Assembly (NCBI GenBank): GCA_964035545.1
Contig: OZ037765.1
Coordinates: 17,732,995 to 17,796,994 of the forward strand
Length of the DNA: 64,000 nucleotides
Direction: 5' to 3'
From: Bugula neritina
Lineage: Eukaryota > Animalia > Bryozoa
The position numbers were made by a program, and so were the translations under genes. Every line of letters begins with the position of its first letter. Position 1 is the first letter of the stretch. Of the stretch, positions 55,201 to 64,000 are shown piece by piece. The notes under the pieces are model-generated. The model was not told where the DNA came from, did not search any database, and saw nothing but the letters and a program-made list of their open reading frames with translations.

Positions 55201-58200
55201 TCCACTGTGCGCGTTGAGAAAACCTTCGCACTTGTCGCTCTGCATTTTCAACGCAAGTGCGAATCGTCTCTGTCGTCGTCACCTAATTGGCTGGTAGCTA
55301 TTCAGCGAGCCCAATTTCTTTATTTAGTGCTATATTCCAGTAAATTGCGTTTTATTGAAAGCGAGTGCGATTTAAAAATGAAAGCTTTATTTATCACGCA
55401 TCACTGACGCTACAGTGGACGCCTTTGCTACTTGTGATTTTAATTTTCGCATGCGAAAATACGCACAGTGTGGCCCTAGGCTTACCGGTAGTTTGGGCGG
55501 TTTTTAGTAAACCAGTCTTGAAGGCAACTTTCAGTTTCTTTGACATTGTGATATTTTTAGCACCACCAGTTACAGAAATGAGAAGATTGGGTTTTTGAAG
55601 GCCCCAGTACTTGGTGAGAAGACACATGACGTCATCCATATCAGTGTCAGCAGCAACACGAACAAACTACAATGTGAGGCAGCAGACATGATGGGCAGAA
55701 CAGTAAATAATAATATAATATAATATAATGCGATATAATATATGTAATACATTGTAGTGTAGTATAGCACACTACAATACAACACAATATAATAGAACAC
55801 AATATAATATATAATATGATATTATATAACACAGTACGATATAAAATGGCATAAGGCAGCAGGTCTTGAATGAACAAAGAGGAGCACTAAAGAATTTTAC
55901 ATGACATAAGACATTAAAATTTCTGTGTAGGTACCTTAGCAATGTTTGCGTTTGGAAATTCAATTTCTCCATATGCTGTCGTAGGCATCTCTTGAACACA
56001 TTCTTCTGAGTCAGCACTCCACTTGCCTTCACATGGATTATCAAGGGCTTCGGGTGTATGCTCCTTATGCTTACGGCGCCCACACATGCAGTGGTCTCTG
56101 AAAACATACTTCAGGCTATAGAAACATGTGCAAACTGTACCAACATGCAAAGTTAGCTCTCTTTCACGGAGACTTGCAAGTTGAGACCAAGTTTTACTCA
56201 CTTCAGTTTGGGATTCTCTCGATAGCTGCAGCATATCTTCATGCTTATGTTAGAGCGAATCCATTTTCTTTCTCTTTCCTATTAAAAATGCAGAATGAGA
56301 TAAAGCCTTTATGGAATAGAAAAATCATCAGCAGTAAAGGGCTCAAAGTGCTTTTTATTAATCCTTTAAAAACTTGTTAATTTTTAATATTCTTAAAAAG
56401 AAATATGCTGTTTTGACTATTGTAATAAAAAAGCATTGAAGCAAATGACATATAAACCTATTGGTTAAGCATATATTCAAGTAGAACAGTGAGTCAAATA
56501 GGTGAAAGCAAGTAAAACCACAGTGTAAGGTGACATTGGTACAAACTTTCAATAGTATGCATAAAAAGAAAACAGCTTTATAACCGTCTACTGACTGAAA
56601 CATGAAAAAATATGCTTCACTAAAATACTACTTATTCTTCTACATAGCAAATTTGATGTTCAAAAGCAACAAAATTTTATAGTTTGTTTAAAAATTTGGA
56701 TTAAAAACAGTGAATAGATTGTAAATCTAATGCAAAGAAATGAAACAACAATAGCTATTAAGTCAAAACCGCCACATCACCTTGTCTCCCAGACTCTGCC
56801 TAAGAGACTGATGCTGAATTTGAGGCTGATCCTCTACATGGTAAGCAGATCCAACTTCGTTAACTGTTGTGGCAGCCTCCAATTCGTTCAGAGCTGAAGC
56901 AGCTTGCGTAGACTTTTTTAGAATCTGCAAATCATCTCTAGATATTAGCATGAGTTCCGTATGAATATTCTGTATAACTACCCAGGTATGACTTATGCAC
57001 TGTTGACAGCATGAATACAATACATAATATGGCACACAAAAATCTGAATGCGATCAAGTGAGATGATTAACAATAGGCCTAATATGGAAGATGCTACTTT
57101 CAGATCTGTTGAATATCTCATGAAATTAAGACAAACAACTTCAAAGTATTATGTAGTTCCATGCTTATTTACCAATGAAATCATAAAAGCTTCATTTTGA
57201 AAAAAATAGTAGCAGCCAGCAGCTTATTAGACCACAGTAGCAAAAGCAGCAGTTTGACTATTTACCGATTTTTTAGATAATGCCATCATCAAACTCCGTT
57301 GCTTCAGTTATATGCTCTTTGGCTTTAGATTCTTAATAACAAAACCTAAAGTCAAATAAATGCATAGCTTATACCACCAATTTACATAGAGACAACTTTA
57401 CCTATGAATGTTCAGTATAAAATGCATCTTTTCAGAAACAAAACATGCACATATTGTTTAAAGAAAGATTTGAGAGTAATAAAGATGCACAATTATTCTT
57501 ATACTCATATATTGCTTGTACTAATGCAATCATTAAAAAAATTAAATACATCATAAAAATAAAAATATGGTTATAGAAGCATAAGAATTTTATGTGAGGC
57601 AAAAGCTTCAGTATTACAGCCGGATTTCTATTTGACTGCTTTAAATTCGATTGAAGTGGGAAAACTTTAACAATTTGTTCATGATCATGACAATCATTTT
57701 GGATGAGTATAGTTAGTACATGCATTATATAAATTAGGGTTCGTAACAAAGATAATAACAAGTGACTTACTAGTTGCTTTTTGTATAATATTACAAGCAT
57801 GATAACTGATTTTATTAGTTAATTTGTCATAGTTTATCTTTAAGGGACTCGGATGCCTACTACTTTCTTGGCATAATGAGAAAACTGACAAATTACTTAT
57901 TTTACTCAAAACAAAGTTACATGAACTTTATAAAATTACAGTATATCACATGAAAAGTGAAGTTGATTATGTTAGTGTGTTATCAAATTGATTAAGTGTT
58001 ATACTTATTTAAACTGTTGTGTAAAAATTGGTCAGCCCTTCAAATTTATCAACAACTGTCCACGTGAGTGTCACAGTTAGCATAGTTGTAAAGCAGTTGG
58101 CATCTAGTTTTACAACTTACATTTTAATTGCACTATTCTCAGCTCTAAATCTAGGAGTTACTGGAGCGGAGGCCTCAAGTCCTGGAAACCATAAACAAAA

Positions 58201-59099
58201 AGATTTTGTATAAATTATTATGCATTTTAGTAAACACATATTGATCTTTTTGCTTCTAATACCACTAGAATACACTATCAGTTTACGCAGTATTAGTAGC
58301 TACAAGTTATTGCAATCGTCATCAAAATGATGATCATTTGTGTCATACAATCGTTGTCACAATTGGCCTGTTGAAATAAACTAAAACCTACACTCATCTA
58401 AATTCTAAAAGTTAAGGCGAAAAATAAAGCTTAGGGTTAAATTAAATTATGGAATTTCTATCAAACTTGATTTAAAATCTTCAATACAAAATTCAAGATG
58501 TCAGCTTGAGTTTACCACCAGTTACAGAAAAAATAAAAAGATAAATCCGAACTAGAATTAGAATATGAAACTAAAACTTAGCTATTATTTAAGTTTTTTA
58601 ATTAAAACTAAACTTAAAGCCAAAGGTAAAACTAAATATCACTAATACTTACACTAATACTAATAGTAATACTTATACTTTATAGTAAAAACTAATACTA
58701 ATACTAGTAATAGTATCACTATCAGTAATACTAATACTAATAGTAATAGTATTACCAATATTTATACTAATAGTTATACTTATACTTCATAGTAATAGTA
58801 ATACTAATAATACTAACACTAATAAAACTTTAACTTTACTAGCTAAAAATTGCTTTTGCTAATACTAATAGTAATACTAATAGTCATTAGTATTACTATT
58901 ACTAATGACTAATGAGTAATACTAATAGTAATAGTAATAGTAATACTAATAAATAATAATATTAATATCAGTATGAATATGGTTAACTGTTAGTGTTACA
59001 TTTACAAATAATTTTAATTTGCTTATTGTAAAAATATGAGTAACAAAGTAGTCACATACTATAAAAGATACAGCTAGAAGTTTTACTATTTCTTTCCAT
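34241..59099 (-). CDS. TRPM2: TRPM2-like cation channel with C-terminal NUDT9-homology domain, ~1739 aa, ~36 exons (5'->3'): 59099-59087 (tentative), 58181-58121, 56937-56781, 56278-56202, 56097-55935, 55666-55486, 54903-54752, 54246-53947, 53473-53300, 52132-52006, 51347-51247, 51000-50818, 50643-50473, 49888-49720, 48384-48284, 47476-47370, 45813-45588, 44807-44697, 44408-44356, 43787-43664, 43434-43294, 42655-42509, 42086-41868, 41443-41269, 41013-40785, 40341-40204, 39786-39596, 39179-39067, 38850-38749, 38263-38006, 37525-37434, 37008-36920, 36595-36384, 35339-35208, 35001-34891, 34360-34241
   Basis: MHR motifs [53 protein letters not shown]; S1-S6 with [34 protein letters not shown]; TRP box WKFQ, PPPF; NUDT9-[25 protein letters not shown] and [18 protein letters not shown]; all exon phases chain without stops (5220 nt). 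First 1-2 exons uncertain. Confidence 0.93.
42925..43020. repeat. Degenerate (ACT/GCT)n trinucleotide microsatellite in TRPM2 intron
   Basis: actactactactactactgctgccgctgctgct...actcctactgctact. Confidence 0.85.
43216..43296. repeat. 3 x 27-bp tandem repeat overlapping the TRPM2 S2 exon donor site
   Basis: Unit actactactacgtgtattgtatacctg with few variants. Confidence 0.9.
46580..47290. mobile_element. Non-autonomous CACTA/CMC-like element (MITE family B, 711 bp)
   Basis: TIRs cacgggctttccatgtaccgatct / agatcggtccatggaaagccggtg, 3-bp att flanks on both sides, subterminal cgatct/agatcg repeats; superfamily inferred from CAC ends. Confidence 0.82.
48031..48048 (+). repeat. G18 homopolymer in TRPM2 intron
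   Basis: 18 consecutive G. Confidence 0.9.
52283..52485. mobile_element. MITE family C copy 1 (Tc1/mariner-pogo-like, CAGT ends)
   Basis: cagtgctccctccgtatctca...tgaggtactgaaggagcactg then TA; homologous to 62917-63125. Confidence 0.85.
55139..55481. mobile_element. MITE family A copy 2, inserted within a TRPM2 5' splice site
   Basis: Near-identical to 25865-26208; tta duplicated at 55136-55138 and 55482-55484. Confidence 0.93.
55705..55845. repeat. Degenerate pentamer repeat (taata/caata/tagta)n
   Basis: taatataatataatataatg...tagtgtagtatagcacactacaatacaacacaatataatag. Confidence 0.8.
58550..59050. repeat. Cryptic 6-bp-periodic (TNA-NNN)n tract in TRPM2 first intron
   Basis: tgaaactaaaacttag, taaaactaaacttaaagccaaaggtaaaactaaa, taatacttacactaatactaatagtaatacttatac. 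Confidence 0.82.
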
Positions 59100-59460
59100 T
59101 CATAGCTATGCGTCTACAAGAAAAAATATGCAGCACAACTTGCGGCAATGTTGAGCAAGACATCACCTGTCAGGTCGTTATAGCGACGTATAAATATTAG
59201 ACAGGCAATTGTAAGACAACTCCTTATATAAGATCTTGCAGGACAGCTAGCCGAAATAGTCGTATTCATTAAAATAATACAACTACGAGGATTTAAGTTT
59301 CAATTTATTAGTAGTATCAACGCAATATTATTGTTATCATAAACTTTGCGTTATTCATGAAAATCCAGATGACCGCATTTCTCCCTCACTTACTCCCTAA
59401 ATAGCTGTCAGAACCTATTTTAATAGATATTGATTGAATGGTTGCGAGTCACTGCAGCCT
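59100..59460 (-). promoter_or_regulatory. Probable TRPM2 promoter region
   Basis: CpG-enriched segment just upstream of the tentative first coding exon. Confidence 0.4.
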
Positions 59461-59759
59461 ACCTAAGTACAAGAACATATGAGTTGTATGAAGTAATAAT
59501 TGATATAGGGTTGATAACTCTAATTTATCATGTTTTTTGTAGGCTCAAAGAATTTTTTTATAAATATTTACTTTTAATTATGAGCTGCATCTAAATTTAT
59601 AGTATCCAGCAAAATTTGTGCTATATCCCAAGACCTTACACATTTACTATACTAGCCTGGTGCTGATGCTTTAGTGTACACCTAATTTGTCTCTGAAAAT
59701 AAAACTTGATGATCTAAAGCTTGTAAAGTTTTATTCAATTCTCACAACATTATAATCAT

Positions 59760-60020
59760 AAGACACATATTGTGACGGTACACATCTACTCAAACATCTA
59801 CACATTTCAGCTACTCACACATATACAAGCACACTTTTACAAAAGTTCACCTACCCATATGTACCCATACAAACACCCCTACGCAAGCATACCTAAACAC
59901 AATTAGACACACTGCCAACACAGAAGCACCCCAGGCCTACACAACCTACTACACACATAGAAACACATGTCTTCACATGCTCACCTATAATACAAGCACA
60001 TCCACAATTATACAAGTGCA
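59760..60020. repeat. CA-rich low-complexity tract
   Basis: acacatctac/acacacccc/acacacatag-type degenerate units. Confidence 0.7.
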
Positions 60021-61766
60021 TATTTTAAACATTTAGGCCTTACATAAGCAATATGATATGATTATTTCTGTAGGTTTTTAAAAGTACATTATGTAAAATT
60101 TGTCAATGCCAACAAGTATTCCATAAGTTTCACTTATTGCCTACTGCAACATAGTTTTACCTAGCAATAATAATTTGCTAAGTAAATAAGCATGTTATGC
60201 ATAGGAAAGCACATTTATGTTATAAAGTATTGGATTATGTATATACTGTTAACTGCTTCTTTTCTCTAATGTATCAGTCACTAAAGTACTTTAAAGTAGT
60301 ACTTTAGCAATACGTCATGTATGCTAGAATAAAATGATATTTATAAGACGAGTGTATAGAATTGAATATGTTGATGTGGTCATCATTTTGAGAGTATAAA
60401 ATAGAATTATAATACTGTGCTAATGTCCTGTTTATTAATCCTCTTGAGCTCCCAATATTTTTCACTCTAATGATTAGGATGATGATGGCTCTCTTGCTGT
60501 ATGCATGTATAATTAGGTATGTATACAGCAATCTTTAAGTATAAGGCTTATGTTGAATGTTAATTAGCAATAATACAAAAATATGCTAGTGTGCAATGCA
60601 TATTCATTGTTGTATTACTTGCATATAATGATATAATGTTAATATGGGTGTGTGTATTTCTCTTACAGTGATACAACCACATTGTCGAGAATATCTATTT
60701 TTAATATATCATAGTAAATTTATATTGTTCATTGAATTTGTGTATATGAGTTTTGTTTTTCATAGAATTCAAAATATAAATGCTTGGAAACATTTCTGAA
60801 GACTAATTATGGCGCCACATCAACAAATTTACTCATGCCATAAATCAGCTATTTATGAAAGTTTCACATGTTTGACACCTACATTATAGCTCCATAATGT
60901 TACGTAATCTAGTGCTTTCATTTGTTATAGGTATATTCACGACCAACTCCATAACAGTGAGTATTAAAATGGTTACGAGGTACCCTTAAACAAATTACAC
61001 TTTTTTCTAGTAATATTTGTTTCCAGTATTATTTCACATAACATCAAAGTACACAAAAGGTCTTTGATGAAGAAACACATTTAATACAAATTACAGTATA
61101 TAAAGTTATAAAAATGCGGCCATCACACAATAAAAAAATCAGTAGCAATAGTACCAAAACTTCAGCAACCGCCTAATTTTTGGTGTTTTTGATATTCCCA
61201 ATACAGATTCAGCACTAATTTGATTGTTACACTGATGTTCTAATGACCGGACAACACATAGCAGCCACATTTTATTAGCGGTTCAAATAATTAGATTTAC
61301 ACAGTTAGGGCTGGCTTATGCCTTGCCTTTCAGGTGAAGAATAAATCTAACTCCATTGATAAAAGTCCGAATGATTAAAAAATAATTTCAATTTATTATT
61401 CTGACTAATAAACAGACAGAAGCCAGAATTTTCATGGATTACCAATAAAATTGGTTTCATATTAAGTAACAAAATTAACTCTGAACAAAAATAAATTTTC
61501 TCAACAAGTCCAAATAATGATTGTATTGGCATAAACTATCTTTTAGGTAAAAAGTGGCAGGTCTTCATTTAGCTTACTTTTCAATTTTGGATTGGGGTTC
61601 TAGATTAACAAATTATAATGAATCAACATATTTTTATTTCAAAATTATCTGTTGAATCAAATACTTAACGAAAAACTGCAAGTCTGTAGTTCTTATGCCA
61701 CATATCAGCAAAAAAATTAATCTTAATCAAAATTAACATGAATAGTAGTTGCTTCTAACAGATAAA

Positions 61767-63645
61767 TTAAAGACTACTTTGACTATTTGCACCTAAAGGA
61801 CCTACTTGCTCTAAATTTAATTTAATGTTTACTCTTATCACAGGTTTGTTAGAATCCGACTTTATGACAATGCGATGGTGGTGAGGATATTCCATCATAC
61901 ATTGATCCACAGTCAATTTTGAACAGCTGTCTATTGCAGGTGCCGTACCCAGTAAATCTGGCTGCTCTGGATACAAACTATCTCCTAAAATATTACAAAC
62001 TATCATCACAATTTAGCATAATATTATAAACCAGCATTGAGGTTTGTACTCATCTACATATTATGTCAAAGAAAGATAATAGTACAAATGAGATGAATTT
62101 TCTCATTAAATTTGCACACTAATGATTAGTGAAAAATAATTACACAAATTTGTCAAAGAGTTTTAATGTTGTTTTGAAACAGACTGAAAACTTTTAATCT
62201 ACCTAAGTGTTATATTTTATTTGTGAAAACATATACTTGCAAAAGACTTGTGTGCAATATAAAAACTTAACCATCAGTTACCACTTACCACAGATATATT
62301 TCTTTGCATAAAAATATGTTTAACTCTGACAATGCTTAGTACTTAGTACTTAAGTACTTAACTTCAGAAATCTTTCTATCCATGTCCAAGGTGCAAGTTA
62401 TCAATTTCTTAGAAACATCAATAAATTGTGTACATGTATATTATATCATTTAATGAAATAAGATGAAATTTATCTGAAAATGCATAGAATAGCTAATTTT
62501 TACCTGGTAAAACCCGAAGGGCACCGTCTAGACATTTAATTCCTACAGGAAACATCCTCTCCGTACCCAATCTATTCCGAGTTTTAGCATAATGTCTCAA
62601 TTCATCTAAGGATTGGAAGTTCAGTAGTCGACTCAGTTCATAGAGCTGTGGAGGGGCAACTCTCAGTTTACCAACCATGGCTAGCCTGAAGATCTCCCCA
62701 ACATCCCAGAACTAGGTTTTCACAATACATATATGATATACTGTATCATAGGTATTGGACAACACTATTATATACTGGCAAATATTTAATTTTAACAATG
62801 CGTTAAAGTTTAGGTATAAAAATTAATACAAACATAGCTGGTTGCAGAAACTGAAGTTGAAACATGATGAATAAATAAAATGAATTGGTTTCTGAGATAG
62901 GGCAAAAATTAAATTACAGTACTCCCTCCATATCTCACGGTTCTATTTCTCATGAAATTCCATAGGTCAAAGAAGGGCTTGGATCTTGGTTTTTTGGCTT
63001 ATTTACGTGTTTATAGAGACAAAATAGCTGAATTCAATAGATCCGTGAGTTAAATCTGGTATTCTACTATGTCACAAATCTAGGTTTCGGGACCCGCAGC
63101 TCAGTGAGATATAGAGGGAGCGCTGTATAAGAATTAAGACAAGATCGGCACTAACCTCTACGTTTGATACTTCAGAATCATCACTCGTAGGTTGAAGGTG
63201 ATGTACATTGTCAAGAATAACAGCATAGAACTGAGTATCATACCTTCGACTTGACTGCTACAATCAGTAGATAAATAGAAATTAACCAGAGTCCTTCAAT
63301 AACTAGTGTTATTCTCCGAGGAGTTAGAAAAATGTAGAAATACATTCCAAAAAAATATATGAAGTTGTTATTCAACTATAAGAAATGAGCTATTAACAAC
63401 ACAGCACTCTAGTAATTTAAACTAGATTCTAAAATATAAAAGTTTGGTGTAATAAACCTGTGCCAAAAGTACTAGGAAAAACATTGCCAATAAACGCACT
63501 TTCAGACCTAGTGGGGTGAGCCAGGTGCTCCAGTCATGCAATGCCCAGATGTCAGGGACAGCATCCATATCCTTGAGAAGCTGACAGAACTGATCTGGAC
63601 TTTGTTGAACTTTTTGTCTGAATTCATCACTGACAGTCTGAACTC
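61767..63645 (-). CDS. NUDT19: Acyl-CoA diphosphatase NUDT19-like, 3' portion; exons 63645-63500 (acceptor uncertain), 63257-63156, 62711-62504, 61984-61767; 5' exons probably beyond the window
   Basis: FRQKVQQSPDQFCQLLKDMDAVPDIWALHDWSTWLTP-...RRYDTQFY...DDSEVSNVEFW...APPQLYELSRLLNF...RVLPGDSLYPEQPD...HHHRI...SSL*; PDIWALxxWSxWLTP, RRxDTxF, APPQxYExxRL and LPGDxLY are NUDT19 hallmarks; phases consistent. Confidence 0.9.
62917..63125. mobile_element. MITE family C copy 2 in NUDT19 intron
   Basis: TA|cagtactccctccatatctcac...gtgagatatagagggagcgctg|TA; TA target duplication. Confidence 0.88.
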
Positions 63646-64000
63646 CTGCAAAACAGTTCTCAGCTATAGGCTGAAGTACACCACCTGCTAACAGCTATAA
63701 TCTTTACAGTAGACAAAGATTAAGTTACTTAATATGAAATAACCATTATTAAAATAAGATTAAATAATAGACATTGCATGCACCTGCTGTATGCACCAAG
63801 CATATGTATGTTTTACTGGTATTCGGAGAAGTAGGTGACTGTGTAATAACATAGTGGAAGTATCTTTATGACTGCATTAACCTCTGCAGCAGCGCAGACT
63901 ATATTTATTATAAATACTTCTGCAAGAGGACAGCACTTTTATCTTTTATGAACCCATCATAAATAAATTTATAAAACGATGTAGGTGCACCTCCTAGTGA

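Noticed and set aside
58514-58530. 17-nt identity (accaccagttacagaaa) with the TRPM2 ISVTGG exon at ~55562
   Set aside because: Similarity does not extend on either side; cannot support an exon duplication
63780-64000. Possible further NUDT19 exon near the window end
   Set aside because: No frame with the expected Nudix-box sequence found; upstream exons probably lie outside the window

Overview
AT-rich, intron-rich animal genomic DNA, probably from a non-arthropod invertebrate such as a lophotrochozoan (inferred from gene content). I assembled seven spliced protein-coding genes by hand from GT..AG sites and phase continuity: (+) class I ARF GTPase 4649-6376; (-) CFAP141/C1orf189-like ciliary protein 6912-10793; (+) RNF24/RNF122-like TM-RING-H2 ligase 13284-16954; (+) an unrecognised 210-aa type I membrane protein 21325-27690; (+) PFDN5 with a U12 minor intron 31316-33710; (-) a ~36-exon, ~1740-aa TRPM2-like channel 34241-~59099; (-) the 3' part of NUDT19 61767-63645. 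Mobile DNA comprises a 5'-truncated RTE-like LINE, two related 3'-end remnants and three MITE families. Two observations stand out. (1) The TRPM2 keeps the invertebrate-type YGE pore and the N-terminal ADPR-site motifs but has a degenerate Nudix box and lacks the AGDDA motif, and it carries a greatly enlarged 8-Cys pore turret and a long S3-S4 linker. (2) Every inferred promoter is flanked by a cryptic tract with a strand-symmetric 6-bp T-N-A periodicity that is not a simple satellite and is largely absent elsewhere in the window.
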